Counted from the first letter of the stretch, positions 1-17,264 are shown. The stretch is DNA of 64,000 nucleotides from the human T2T-CHM13v2.0 reference genome, Homo sapiens (GCA_009914755.4 CP068257.2:25696001-25760000); one strand, 5' to 3'. Numbers and translations are program-made. The notes: generated by a model from the sequence alone, not told the origin.

Positions 1-597
1 GGAGTACCGTTTCACCTAGCAATTCCACTTCTGAGTATCCACCCAGAGGAAAAGAAGTCATTATATAAAAAAGACACTTGCACATGCATGTTTATAGCAG
101 TATAATTCACAATGGCAAAAATTAGGACCTGCATAAATGCCCATCAGCCAATGAGTGGATAAGAAAATATGGTATGTATATATATATATATATATACACC
201 TTGAATACTACTCAGCCATAAAAAGAAACAAAATAATGGCATTCACAGAAACCTGGATGAAGTTGGAGACCATTATTCTAAGTAAAATAACTCAGGAATG
301 GAAAACTAAACATCATATGTTCTCACTAATAAGTGGAAGCTTAGCTATGAGGACGCAAAGGTATAAGAATAATATAATGGACTCTGGGGACTTTGGGGGA
401 AGGGTGGGAGTGGGATGAAGGATAAAACACTACACACTGGGTTCAATGTAAACTGCTTGGGTGATGGGTGCATCAAAATCTCAGAAATCACCACTAAAAA
501 ACTGATCAGTTTAACCAAACACCACCTGTTCCCCCAAAAACTGAAACAGTAATAATAATGATAAATAAAAATTTAAAAAAACAAAAATTAAAATAAG
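1..597 (+). mobile_element. L1 (primate L1P-type) 3' end: ORF2 C-terminus and 3'UTR, ending in an A-rich tail; 5' part lies outside the window
   Basis: Matches the canonical L1 3' region (…ttcacaatggcaaaa…atggaatactactcagccataaaaa…gttctcactaataagtgg…ggggaagggtgggagtggg…) and ends in taataataatgataaataaaaatttaaaaaaac. Confidence 0.85.
175..196. repeat. (TA)n microsatellite inside the L1 3'UTR
   Basis: gtatatatatatatatatatatac. Confidence 0.9.
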
Positions 598-735
598 AGC
601 TCTTTTTCAAACATATACACCTACACAAGAAAATAATGTACAATTCATAGGATTGTGTTGCTTAAATATTTTATCAAATATTTATTTTATTTTTAGTGTT
701 GAATGGCATATCAAATAAATCATTCCATGATATTA

Positions 736-1071
<336 letters not shown>

Positions 1072-1416
1072 GAGATCAAGCATCATTTACTACTAAATAG
1101 GCAAAAACTTTTTCTCAGTGCTCACTTATCTATCACCAATTCGTTATCCAAACATGTCAGCATTTGCTGTAAACAAATCCAAACATGGACAAAGGACTCT
1201 CAAATGCATTCAAATCTATTACCCTTTACTGATGTCCTTCAGAAAAAAAGGCAACCTTTTTAGGTAAACAATATGAGAATTTGATGTTTGGTGTCTTTAT
1301 TAACATATCTACTGGATAAATTATTCATTTTGTCACATTTAACTTTAAAATACAGTATTTTTATAATCTCACAAAACTATTTTAGTAAAAAATTGTTTTT
1401 CTATTTTTTAATTTAA

Positions 1417-1639
<223 letters not shown>

Positions 1640-1672
1640 AAAATTTTTTAATTTATTTACTGAGTAAGATTA

Positions 1673-1966
<294 letters not shown>

Positions 1967-3436
1967 TTATCTATTTCCATATCTAATATCTACCACTTGT
2001 CTCTGGCATTGAACAGGGTATTTAGATAAACAAAATCTCATGTTGTTGGAAGAATTTCCTACTTTGCAATTTGCAGTAATCACGGCCACTGCTGGATCTG
2101 ATATATCGTTTCACTTTCACAGGTGAGGTCAGTTAAGTTCCATTCACTGAGAATAATTCAAGGGTGAGGCTTTTCCAAGACATCTCTTCCTCACCTACCT
2201 ACCTATCGGTATTGGAACTGTCCTTTATCTTAGGAGAGCTTTTCCTTTTCTTAGCTAAAATTGAAGGAATTTTAACAAATATTTCTGACATTAGCGATTA
2301 TTTATTCAAGCAACTCTAAATTTGAATGCTGCAGGAAATTATAAACAGTGAAAGAGTAGCAGCATTTGTTATTCCTAACAAAGCATGTTTACTGCAGTAG
2401 CAGACAAACTTTGGATAAACACTTGAGAAAATATAAATTATAGGGCATAGCTAAGAAAACATTCTTAAACATAGTACGTTTCATTTATAGAAAACATTGG
2501 TGTAGTCTTTCTTATTATAAATATGCTTTGCATTTGAAACACAGTTTTTAATTTCCAAAAATCCTGTATTTTTACGATTCTATTTCTACTATAAGCAAAA
2601 ATGTAAAAGAATGTCACATATTACTTCTGAGTAGCTGCACTGTTACGATTTTCTGTGTTTTAGGCCAAAGACTATTACCGTAATGACTACTGTGTGAATA
2701 TGTAATTACACACGTACTGCTACTGTTGTGTAGAGATAACATGATCTATTTATGCAAGCATAAAATATGGCCATATGGTTTATATTCCGGACTTGCATAT
2801 TATGAAATCATTTGTAGCCCTACCCTGAACTTCCACAGAGAAAAATCACACACATGAGATACACACATGGGCATTGTGGTTTCAAAACTCTTTGTGGAAA
2901 AAAGCTGACATAAACAAACGAAGCAGAAATCTCCTCCCTTCAAAGTGGTGAATATTATGTCTTGGAAAGAAAATGAACCTGGGATTAGACAGATGGAACT
3001 GTAGCATTACCTATGACAAATTATTCCGCCTCCCTGACCCTAAGCTGCTTCATTCTAAAAGAGAAATCAGATTATTCAACTTTTCTATACATCTGTTTGA
3101 AAATGCTAGGAAAATAGTAGACATGCAATAACTGGTTGTGAATGTTTTTCTTTTTCTTCCAATCATGCCACCATATCTAAAATGTCACTTTATGCCACTA
3201 TGCTTTTTCACAAAAGGTTAATTAAAATCAAAGTAAAGGTTATAGGCAATATCATGAAACATGTTACATTCCTTATTTAAAAACTTGATAAGAAACTACT
3301 ATTTACTAGCAGATTCAAATATTTACCAATGAGTATTTTAGCTAAACTTAAATTCTGTATGTAAGAAAATTAAGATTATTATCCTTTAGTGAACTGATAA
3401 TAAAATGTAGATGATGACCCAGTACATTCTGTGACA

Positions 3437-4130
3437 TTTATCCAAATGAGTTGAAAACTTATGTCAACACAAAAACCTGCACATGGAGGTTTACTGTAGC
3501 TTTATTGATAATTCCCCAAACTTGGAAGCAACCAAGATGTCCTTCAGTAGAAGAATGGATAAATAAACTGAAGTACATTCAGATGATTAAATATTACTCA
3601 GCGATAAAGGCACTATCAAGCCACAAAAATACATGGAGGAAGACAACTTAAATGCACATTGCTAAATCTGAAAAGGCTACATAAAAGCCAATCTGAAAAG
3701 GCTACCTACTGTATAATTCCAACTCTATGATATTCCGGCAAAGAAGACACCACTATGAAGACCTTAAAAGGAAAAGTGGTTGCCAGGGATTTAAGGGGAG
3801 GAAGGGAGGAATAGGTGGAATACAGAGGATTTTTAAAGCAGTGAAACTATTCTGCATGATACTGTAACGGTGGGTACATGCCACTATACATTTGTCCAAG
3901 CCCATAAAACACACAGCTCTAAGAGTGAGAGTTAATGTAAGCTGTAGACTTTGAGTGATGATGTGTCTGTGTAGGTTCATCAGCTGTGACAAGTGTACCA
4001 CTCTGGTCAGGATGTTGATAATGAGGCAGGCTGTGCCTGCATGGTGGCAGGGTTATGTGGGGAGTCTCTGTACCTTCCTCTCAACTTGCCAGTGAAACAA
4101 AAACTACCCTAAAAATAATGTCTATTAAAA
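3437..4130 (+). mobile_element. L1M (old mammalian L1) 3' end fragment
   Basis: …gaaaacttatgtcaacacaaaaacctgcacatggaggtttactgtagctttattgataattcc…caaccaagatgtccttcagtagaagaatggataaataaactg…ttgccagggatttaaggggaggaagggaggaataggtggaatacagaggatttttaaagcagtgaaactattctgcatgatactgtaacggtgg… ends …ccctaaaaataatgtctattaaaa. Confidence 0.85.
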
Positions 4131-5280
4131 GTGCAGGTGATGAACATTAATTTAAAAATTTAGTATTTTTACAGGGACAATATATTCAGTTATTTGTTGT
4201 GTACATAAAATTAACATAATTTTTTTAAAAAAATGATGAAGACCTATATTTTAGCTGAAAATACATAGAAACAATAGTCATTACATTAAATATCTAAGAG
4301 AAAATATGTATTATGTCATGCAAAGAGTCAAGAAGATATACATGCATTCATGCATATACATTTTATAGCCATATGGTTCAATATCAAATTGAGCTTACGG
4401 AGTAAAAATGGATGAACAGAGATGTTGCAACAAGCACATAAATCTCACAATGTCCCACGTGTAACAGAAGTGTAAGCCAGCACTCCAGATAAGCATGTAA
4501 CATTGCAGGTAATAAGAAAAAAATAATAGACTGAAGGAGCATACCATTGACTTATTAAGCGACAACTATTGATACGCGCTAGCTGGTTGATACATGTAAC
4601 TTCATCTTCATAGTAATATTAATTTTAAGTAAATATTCTTGTCATTTTATTGGTAACAGAATGGAGGCTCCAAGAAATTAAATAATCTTCTTGAGATCAC
4701 ATCATCAACATTACACATGTGAGTATGTTTTAGGAATTGGATTATAAAAACGGAGTAAATCTACCTCAGTGTCAATATGTTTTTCATTTTTTGTCATATG
4801 CCCTTCAACAGTTATGCTGCAGCAAGGAACAATACACATTTATCTCCTAAATAAATAGCCTATACGATATTTTTGCATCCCGATCTTTTAAACTGTTCAA
4901 ATATTTGAAATTGACCATTATATAAACCAGCTCTTCCCCATTGCTTTTAAGATGAAAGTTACTTTCCTTCTCTGAGACTTGGTTTTTTCCTTTGTGAGGA
5001 GAATACTACTAATTACTTTGTAGGGTTGTTGTCAGAATGGGGCAGCTGATATTTAATGCCCCCTCCAAACACACAACCAAACCTGAATATGAAACATAAA
5101 AAAAAATACACTGAAGAATCAACTTATTTGTAATTTCATTAATTTCTTAAGAAAAAAAGAATAATGCCAGTTTGCAAGTCAGATTATGCTGGTATAATTA
5201 GGATACTTATGCTCCTGCCTTTCACTGGAGCATGTTTCCTATCTTCTATACTCATCAAATCTGAGGGAACTCCAACTTAA

Positions 5281-5772
<492 letters not shown>

Positions 5773-6949
5773 AGCTGCTTTTTATTATTTTTAAAATTAT
5801 TCTCCTTATTTATTCCTCTCTTCCACATTAAGCAACTTTCCCCAGCCAGTGAGATTTGGAAAACACTGCTATTTTTTTTGGTGAGGTATGACTATGGCTG
5901 CCTCATGTATGGCAGCTACATTAACTACTGCAATCTTCATAATGGCTCTGAGGTGGGTACTGTTATTACTCACCCCTGCACAGATGAGGAACCTGAGGCC
6001 AGGTTGGGGAAGGCCTAATCCAAAATCACAGAGCTAGCAAAATCTGGGCGTGACTGAAATCTTGGAGGGCTAGCTTCAAATACTGTGTGTTTAGCTGTTA
6101 TACTAAACTGTTACTTATCTATACTCTTTTATGGACAATTTTATAAAGGAAGCTGAGGATATATTTTTAATAATACATAATGAGAAAGTTTATAGAAATG
6201 CATCAAATGCATTACGCATGAAGGTTAAATTACTAAAATAAAATTAAAAGCTGGATTTCCTTAATTATACATACATGTAGCCCAACTGAAATACTACTGT
6301 AATTTCTCTAACACATTTTTAAAAACTTTTCACACAGTATATTATTAGAAAGATATGAAGGATTTACAGGGAAAAACAGCCCCATTATTGTCTGGCTAAC
6401 AGTTTTATTTATTTAGCCATGTGTAGAATTAAATTTCAGTCATTAATTTAGCCTTATAATCAAAACTTTTGAAAGACTTAGTAGATTCTTTCTTAAGAGA
6501 TTACTAGGCTTGTTGTGAACCCATACAAGTTCGTGCACTGAAAATCTTCACTTAAGTCTCTTTCTAATGCATTTCTTTACACACAAAGGCTTATATCAAC
6601 TCCTGTGTACACGCTAAACAAATATCCATGTAGAAGAAATTACTTAAACAGCATGAATTCTATGTGGGTAAAGAGTTCATAATTTGTCAATCTCTTAGAA
6701 AATCTAGGAAATATATATTCATAAAATCAAGAGAATACATTTATAAAATCAAGAGAACAGTGAGAAAAACAGGCAATCTGTAGCTTAATACAAAAATACT
6801 TTTAACAAAATAAATTAGCTAAAAGACAAAATTTAGAATGAATAATTTATTAATTGATTTTCATTGAAGAACTATGTCACCATCAGGGCAGATAATTGAT
6901 TTTAAACTATACTAAATTATATTTTAGTTTTTATTTTTTTAGAAGTCAA

Positions 6950-7241
6950 GCCAGGTGTGGTGGCTCACACCTGTAATCCCAGCACTTTGGGAGGCTGAGG
7001 TGGGCGGATCACAAGGTCAGGAGTTCCAGACCAGCCTGGCCAATATGGTGAAACCCCGTCTCTACTTAAAAGACAAAAATTAGCCGGGCATGGTGGTTCA
7101 CACCTGCAGTCCCAGCTTCTCAGGAGGCCGAGGCGGGAGAAGTGCTTGAACCAGGGAGGCTGAAGTTGCAGTGAGCCAAGATCGCACCACTGCACTCCAC
7201 TCTGGGCGACAGAGTGAGACTCCGTCCCCCCACAAAAAAAA
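6950..7241 (+). mobile_element. Alu (AluS-like) with A-tail; TSD agaagtyaa
   Basis: gccaggtgtggtggctcacacctgtaatcccagcactttgggaggctgaggtgggcggatcacaaggtcaggagttccagaccagcctggccaatatggtgaaaccccgtctc…; agaagtcaa 6941-6949 / agaagttaa 7241-7249. Confidence 0.9.
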
Positions 7242-7625
7242 GAAGTTAAAGTCAGAGATAGCAGGTCTAAATCTTGAATGTCAAATTTAGTTGTTGTTGT
7301 TGTTTAATTTACTTTGTTTTAAAGTTATTAAAAAATTATCTAACCAGCAGCAGCAGTACAGATTACACATAGCCCCAACTTACCTGGGTCTTTGCGCATT
7401 TCTTTCAATTACACAAGAGTATTTTAACCACATTATTGGTTACCAGAATTTTACTTGAAAAAATATGCAACTAGTTAGCATATAAAAGATCTGTTTTTAT
7501 GGCAGTTTATAACTATATCTACTCAAAACGAGTCATTCAGAGAAACAGTAATTCAAACTTACTCTAAAATGTTCACAAAGCATTTATTCCATTAAATATT
7601 TATAATATTTAATATATAATACAAA

Positions 7626-7973
7626 CAGTCCCCAACTTATAATATTGGCTTAGAATTTTTCAACTTTATGATGGTGCAAAAGTGATAAGCATTCATTAGA
7701 TTCCATACAATCATTCTGTTTATCACTTTCAGTAAAGTATTCAATATGTTATATGAGCTATTGCACACTTAATTATAAAATAGGCTTACTGTTTGATGAT
7801 TTTGCCCAATCATAAGCTAATGTAGATGTTCTGGGTATGTTTAAGGTAGGCTAGTGTAGATAAGCTATGATATTTGGTAGGTTAGATGTATTAAATGCAT
7901 TTTGACTTACTACATTTTCAATTTAAGATGACTTTATTGGACAGAATCCTATTGTAAGTAAATAAGCATCTAT
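7626..7973. mobile_element. Non-autonomous Tc1/mariner (Tigger-type) DNA transposon (MITE) with terminal inverted repeats
   Basis: 5' end cagtccccaacttataatattggcttagaatttttcaactttatgatggtgcaaaagtgataagcattc and 3' end …cattttgacttactacattttcaatttaagatgactttattggacagaatcctattgtaagtaaataagcatcta are inverted relative to each other. The CpG-decayed pattern resembles the Tigger-derived family whose consensus repeats ACTTACGATGG. Exact family name not certain. Confidence 0.6.
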
Positions 7974-9274
7974 ATTACTTATAAATAATATATTTAATGT
8001 GTTAAAAATATATTCGGGTAGAATATTTTTAACATTAAATAATTCATTTTAGCCTAAATACATTTACAGCAAATGATCATTTATAGACAATAAACAACAG
8101 TGCTAGGTCAATGACATCAGAAGCATTTTGCGTGAAGGCTGGAATTATTTTGTTTTTCACATGATATCACAGGCTATAATGTCTTTAGCATAGTTGGTGC
8201 TAGCCATTTAGAATCATAATGATCTGTTCTAAAAGGCTGAAAATATTCTTTTCATTTCTGCAAATTTTAGAAATATATAATAATTGCACCTGGAACTAGA
8301 TTTTGGACATTACTCCATTCTGCTACTCTTTTTTACTAAGATGAAAGCTGAAATAGAATGAAAATTTTTACTTTTTTGATCTCATTTCAATGGTACAGGA
8401 GAATATGAGTATTGCCTGGACACATGTATGTTTGTAATGAAGCCTTAAATATAGGAATGCAACTTGAAACTGATGTGAAAGTAGTTAAACCTGTTGTGTT
8501 CCTGTACTAAAAAGTTATATCGTTTCTATTGGGAATTGACTTAGAATATAGATATCTATTTTCTTCATTACAGGTTTTTGGAAAAAATATGACAAATCCA
8601 AAAAATTTACAAAAGACAATTCAAAGTCATTAATAAAAATTTGGAAGGATATATTACTTTTTATGAAATAATTGCATATTGTCATTTACACAAATGTCTC
8701 TCTTTGAAAGACCAATGAGGAGTAACAGGGAATTAGAAATGGCAAACAAATCAACCCCATACAAAGAATGTGGCTGAATTTTCACCGAAGCAAATGAAAA
8801 CAGTTCTCTCATTCATTCCTTGATGTCTAGTCATTGGCCAAACAGCCTAATTCATAAATGGATCTCAGAGAAGGCAAATTCAAAGTGTCTAAAGGAAATT
8901 CATTTTAATAAACATAAAACCAAATGTGTATTAGACTGTTTAATGTAATAAAGTCCAGAATGTTATATTTGATCATCACGAAGCTTTAGTTCTTAAATTT
9001 TGCATAGAAAAAGCAAGCCAATGATTCAGCAATTTCATTTGTTTGACTCATTTTGAATTCCACAGGAAGCAACAAAAGCAAGTGACTACATAGTAGAAAT
9101 ATATTTTATTTCTACTAAGAGCTTGCCTCTCATTACTAGAGTATAATTGTTACAGATATATGTGTACACTTGTAATAGTAATTTTTTTATTTCCATTTTA
9201 ATCTGTTCTTTTTAAAATCAGTTCTTGACATAATTTTAAAAATTAGAGTTAGAAATTACAAACTTTCTCTTTTT

Positions 9275-9432
9275 ACATTTTTTAGACAGTGTCTCACTCT
9301 GTTGCCTAGGCTGTAGAGATGGGGTTTCACCATGTTGCTCAGGCTGGTCTTGAACTCCCTGTGCTCAAGAGATCCATTCACATTAACCTCCCAAACTGCT
9401 GGGATTACAGATGCAAACGCCTGGTCTCCAAA
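9275..9432 (-). mobile_element. Alu-derived fragment with internal deletion (FRAM/FLAM-like monomer pieces)
   Basis: tttttagacagtgtctcactctgttgcctaggctg | tagagatggggtttcaccatgttgctcaggctggtcttgaactcc…cctcccaaactgctgggattacagatgc. Confidence 0.7.
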
Positions 9433-9832
9433 CTTTCTTTGCAACAAGAACATTTGGAGATTTAAAAAGTAAACTGAATCAATTTGCAGCTGGAACAGTG
9501 TTATTTAAACATCACTTGACCTACTAATGGAGCAGTCTAAATTAGATACTTCCAAGAGACAAGAGGAACTGTCAAAACTGGCATCTTTGGTGGAAACCCT
9601 ATGATTCGGGCTTTCATTCATTGGCTTTCTCATTCACTTTGGGAACGAGTTTAACAAAGAATAAGAATGAAACTGAATCATTTCTGGTACCAGTTTTCGC
9701 CTTTCCTTTAATAGTCTTGGGCTATTGATGGCTAAGATGAAGAGACTTATGGGGGAAACTCTCCCGTCTAACCGTTTGTTTATGTAAAAGGTCCTTTGCC
9801 AGCCCTTTCTGGGGAGGATCTACTTATATTAT

Positions 9833-10183
9833 ATATTAGTCCATTCTCAAACTGCTATAAAAAATACCTGAGACTGGGTAATTTATAAAGGAAAGAGGTT
9901 TAATTGACTCACAGTTCTGCATGGCTGGGGAGGCCTCAGGAAACTTACAATCATGGTGGCAGGTGAAGGGGAAGCAAGGCAGGTCTTACATGACAGCAGA
10001 AGAGAAGTGAGAGCACAGGAAAAACTGCCACTATTAAAACTATCAGATCTCATGAGAAGTCTCTCATTATCACAAGAACAGAATGGGGGAAACAGCCCCC
10101 ATGATCCATTCACCTCCCCGCAGGTCCCTCCCCTGACAATTTGAGATGTTATTTGGGTGGGGACATAGAGCCAAACCACATGA
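9833..10183 (-). mobile_element. Solo LTR of the THE1/MST group (ERVL-MaLR), with internal deletions
   Basis: Reverse complement matches the THE1 consensus: …attagtccattctcaaactgctataaaaaatacctgagactgggtaatttataaaggaaagaggtttaattgactcacagttctgcatggctggggaggcctcaggaaacttacaatcatggtggcaggtgaaggggaagcaagg… to …gagatgttatttgggtggggacatagagccaaaccacatga (= TGATATGGTTTGGCTGTGTCCCCACCCAAAT… start of THE1). Confidence 0.85.
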
Positions 10184-10565
10184 CATGGTATGATTACAAG
10201 AATGACAGGCACACTGATGGCCTTTTCCCAGTGAACTGCAATGTTACTGGAATTATTTGCTTTAGATATACCTAAAGGGCTGTCCTCAAGCTGGCTTAAA
10301 AATTGATATTTAGAAGCTAAATATTAAGGTTTACTCTATAGAGAAGTAAATATCTTACCATCTAGCTCAAAGCAAGAATTGACGGATCGATAAACAGAAT
10401 TACATAGAGTTTTGTAGAAAAGGGGTAAAGAAAATATAGTAAGGGACTATTCAACTATTACTTACCTTCATTGAAGAATATTGTTATTTTTATTTCATGT
10501 TTCATTGTATTCTAAAGATTATCTCTAAAAAGCTTACTAAAGTAACCAAAAAAATAGAAAAAATT

Positions 10566-10634
10566 TGAAAGAAAAAAGAAAGAAGAAGAAAAGAAAGAAA
10601 AAGGAGAGAGAGAAAGAAAGAAAGAGAAGAAGAA

Positions 10635-10715
<81 letters not shown>

Positions 10716-10754
10716 GAAAGAAAGAAAAAGAAAAGAAAGAAAGAAAGAGAGAGA
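10566..10754. repeat. Long (GAAA)n microsatellite (~190 bp, mostly uninterrupted)
   Basis: gaaagaaagaaagaaag… with minor GAAG/GAGA variants; ends directly at the start of the next Alu. Confidence 0.95.
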
Positions 10755-11231
<477 letters not shown>

Positions 11232-13989
11232 TCATACCTGAGATTCTATAAGACCTTCTGTTTTATACAGAGGGACAACTAGAATTGGTATGGTTTCATA
11301 AATGAAATAAATAGATGTTGGTTTATATATTGTATATTATATATTCATCTTGAAATTGAACATCAAATTTAATTTTAATTTTATTTTGAAATTATTTTTA
11401 AAATAATTTTTATTTTTTAATTTAATCGTATTGTGGAAGATATCATTAATGCTGCAGAGAATGTATATTAGAAAGTATATTTTAAAGAATATTTGTTAAG
11501 TGAATAGAACTACCACATTGCCTGTGTCTTAAAAGCTTTATAAGTCCCTTCCAAATTGCCTCCCATTTCTGTTTGCAAAGCAAGAGAATCCCAGTGTGTT
11601 AGTCAGTGTTCTCCACAGAAACAGAACCAATAGACTGGAGACCTAAGGAAGGATTGATGTTGCAGTCCTGAGTCTGAAGGCTGAGTCTTTTCTCTTAAGG
11701 CCTTCACCTGACTGAATGAGGCCCATTGCATTATGGAGGGTAATCAGCTTTACCCCCAGTGCTACTAATTTAAATGTTAATTACATCTAAAAAATGCTTT
11801 CACATCAATGTCTAGGCACCAAGTCGACATAAAATTGACAATCACACCCAGGAAGTATCTCAAGCATGTAAATTTAGATGTTCATATCCAGGTGAAAAGA
11901 GATATATGGAATATACTATTATATGTTACTCTATACCTCATAATTATGCTTTTTAAACTTGGGGAGGCCTTAGTTACATGTTCAGTTGGCTTAATGAATG
12001 GCAGTCAGTATATTGAATCTATGAATAATAACAAACCCATAAATACAATGTTTACTTTTACAACTTGGCAAGAATTTGTTTTGAGTATCAAATTGGGGGA
12101 AAATCCAAAATGCATGCCAATTTTGTAGTGCTTAGCCCTCTAACATAATAATTAACTCTTATAAAAGCTATTGATAGCTTTTATTTTCTTTTGCTACCAA
12201 TCATGCAAATGTGGAATGTACTTGAATTGAAAAATATTCACTTTCCCTTACTGCTGCCAACCTGTCTCTGTATCCCATCACAGACTTCATCCAGGATATC
12301 TGTGTTTATTTTCTGTTTCCTCATCACTGGTTAATTCTTCAACTTATTCTTATTTGGATTCTACCTCTATCATCATTTTATTGGAACAACTCATTTTATG
12401 CAATCTCTAAAAAATGTACAATACCTGTGACTTTGCCCGTGTCTTAAAAAAAAGCAAAACTAGTTTCAGTTGCCAAAGATAGACATCATTCACCTATAGC
12501 TCAGGCTGGAGGTAAATATTAGAAGTGCTGTTGTATCAGCTATCCCTGAATAGGTAGGATTGAAGCTGTGATTATATATTAAGTCAACCAGAAAGCGAGT
12601 ATGGACTGCTAAGGAAGAGGAGTTAGAATGAAATGTCAACGCTCAATGCCTGAAGAGAACAGGGGAGTAAATAGAAAAATCAGCGGATGTGTGGTCTTTT
12701 AGAAGAAACAAGTTACTTTGAAAAAGGTAGTGGTGAACATTTTTGAAAGCGGATGAAATGTCAAGAAAGATTAAACCTTAAATATATACAATGAGAAGAC
12801 ATATAGGGGCCTAGCAGAGGGAGGCAACGGATTAAAGTGAGTTGAAGAATAATGAAAAATCTGCTAAAAATATACAATTCTGAATTATTTTGTACTGCAT
12901 AAAATATGACTCAACTGATGTGACCTCATTCTATATCTAGCTTCATTTTCTATTGCTAAATTGACTTTCAAAATGTGCCCCGTAATGAAGGTACTTATCC
13001 TCTTATTTTATTCTCTCATTTCACCATTCTATTAATTCATCCAAAAATATTCATTGAGTTATAACTATGTGTTACTACCATCTGGGAACTGAAAACTCAG
13101 CAACAAACAAATAATGATGAAGTCTCTGCCATACATACTACATTTATTTAGTCAAATTGTAGCAGTCGGGATGGTTTAGCCAGGTTTGCTGGGGAAACAA
13201 CCATCCATGTAATCTCAGAGGCTTACAATAATAAATCAACACTTACTTCATATTCAAACTGCATGTAGGCTGAAGTCAGCTGCAATCCTCATCCATATAT
13301 TTTTATTCCAGGACCCATACAGAAAGCAGAAACAAACAGGCAAAGAAATTTCATTAGTACCTTTTAAAGTTTCTTCTCAAAAACAGTATACATCGTGCCT
13401 ACATTTATTCCATTGACTAAAGCACATCACATAGTCAGGTCAAACATCAATGGAGCAGAGAATATATATTCTGTCCATAAGGGGCCCCTTAAGCCTGATG
13501 TCAATGAGCAACAATGTATAATTTTCTTACAGGAAAGGAAGAATGAATAACTGCACGATAAAACAACCTAGCACAGGTATTTACTCCTGTATTTTACCTA
13601 CAAAGCCATCCTATAAATATCTAAGAAAATATGGCTCAGCTTTAAAGCATCAGCAATAATACTGCTGCACTGCTTGTGATTCTTAAAAATGGCTTGATGT
13701 TGGGCATCAACATTAAGACTTGTATTATTTTATCATTTTACTTAATACGATTACTTGTTTCCTTCCTTGGGAATGCTAGGAATTATTGATATACTGTATT
13801 TTTTTATTTCTACTAGGACATTCTGCATTAGGAAAAAGTTATACTTTTTATAAAGCATCCCAAATAAATCAATTCATTGAGTCATTAGAAGATATTTACT
13901 TGAGTTTCTACAATATATTCCAATCACAACTGGACACACACACAGTATAAACAAATTGTCCAAAATTTATTTCAAAATTCATATAAAAC

Positions 13990-15103
<1,114 letters not shown>

Positions 15104-17264
15104 AGGGCTTCCTGTTTGGTCTCTTTCCCACCCACTACGCTCTACAATCAGTGGAACACTGGGCCCCAGGCTCCTTCTAACAGAGTTCTCGTCAATCAGT
15201 CCCACGTGGGTCAAATCTGATTATCTTCCCTCACAACCACAACCTGCTATGTTTTGTTTAATGTCATTTCTCAACCTTTAGGAAAAATCTAGCCTCATTA
15301 TTATGGTACACAGTGCCTGGGCTCTTCTTTTTCTTCTTGTTCATTTCCTGGGCCTTTCCTCTGTCTCACAACCTAGAGCAACTCTAGGCTTCTTTCCCTT
15401 CCTAGAGCACATGCATTTTGATGTCTCCTCATTTTCTGCCTAGAAGGCTGCCCTCACCCATTCATCTTTCCTTAGGACTTTTCCTGACCCTTTAATGTAA
15501 ACAGGATCCCTATAATATTTGCTCCCATCACCCTGTATGTTTCCTTTATACTGATATCATAATATGTAGCTAGACATGTTTGCAGCATTTTTTAAATGTT
15601 TGCTCCGCCCTCTAGACCTTGGATGCTCAGAGCATGATCTCCTGCACTGGCATTGGTGGAGAGCTCTAAGGCAAGATAAATATAAGCATTCAGAGTAAGC
15701 ATTTCAAAATATCTGCAGCAATTTCACATTGCCAGGCCATAAAGGTTTCTGATCAATGGGATTATTTCTGACCAGGGTATAGTACAGTTAATTGTTGTGG
15801 ATCACATATGATCTAAGCTGTATGCTAGTCATATGTAGCAGAATCACATAGCAACAAATGACACTTTAAGGTTAGTTTGTGCACTATAACCCAAGTGTGT
15901 GTCAAATTTTGAGAAAATGTAAGCCTTTGTATGCTTAAAAAAATTTTTAGGTGCACTTTACTTTTTAATGATGCCTGTTTTTCAAATTATAATGTAACAT
16001 TATTAGTTATACTAAGAAAATACAATTTACATTATTTAAGTTTAATGCCAATTAACACGGAGAGAAATAAGTTTCTCTGGGCTTGTTACGAGAAGGCATA
16101 GATTCTCAGCTACAGACATTTTAGGTTAAATAATGGTGAAGAAAAACAGTAGGGAAAAGCTAAAGACCAAAAAGAGTTCATACTTGTTTTACTTAGAAGT
16201 ACGTATCCTAGTACATTGAGATCAGTTTTCTAACCATAATTGATGATACTATGCTAAAACTATGGTGCCTCATTTGTGGAGTTGCATTGCATAGTGAAGG
16301 GATGAAACAATGAACACCTATGTGGTATTTACATAAAAGATATAAATAAAAGTGTTCAAAACCACTTTCTCTGTATAAGAGTATTTAATTGAAAAGCCTA
16401 CAGAAGCAGATGCTCAACATTTCACATATGAATATTGATGCTATGTGTCTTATTGTAAAACAGCACTTTGGGTTGCTAAGACTAAAGAAAATGTATACAA
16501 TTGCTGAGACAGTGAAGTATGGTATCAAAGATACTTATTTGGAAATGCAATGTGAATCTGTATTACAAAGTCAATCAAATACCACTTTGCAGTAACACTG
16601 TATACTCAGGAGCTGAGTGATGATCTAGAAGACCAACTCACTGAACAAGTAAAACTAGTAAAGTGTTTTTCATTGTGATTAGACTAATGCACTGATACTG
16701 CTAACATGGCAACTCTTTTAGTGTAGTCCATTTTCAACATTATATTGATATTATGGAACTTTTTTCTTCATCGCTCATGTAAACTGACTAGATCTGAACC
16801 CTATGATATGAACTGTCAACTGGTGTAGTTTAGAGATTACGTTTCACATGCATGTTTCTGTGGCATAATATCTATTACAGAAAACATTCTTGAATGGTTA
16901 CCCAGATATGGTGCTTTTGTTAAAATGCAAATCAACACAGTTTTCTTTATCAAAAACGTCTTGCATGGCATTAAATGTCAGCTTTAAAAAGTCACTGATG
17001 GCATGGTAAAATTTTGTGAGTTAAGTAAATGTCAATACATTAAATTCAAGATTATTTTACATATCAAGTAATAATATGGAAGCTGATTACGAACTCAAAT
17101 TATTTCATAAAGAGCCATGCAGTTCATGGAGAGCAATAGTTCTGTGGAAAGCACTTCAATTACTGAATAAACTTTTAATGTTTCACTTCTTAAGAAACCA
17201 GTTTGGTCCACCAATTTAAAGCTGTTCAGTGATAGGCAGGGTTACTTGTTTATCTGATATTTTT

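Noticed and set aside
4560-4590. Isolated CpG-containing motif gatacgcgctagctggttgatacatg in otherwise CpG-depleted DNA
   Set aside because: Only three CpGs in ~30 bp, with no surrounding GC enrichment. Too small to be a CpG island or a recognisable binding-site cluster.
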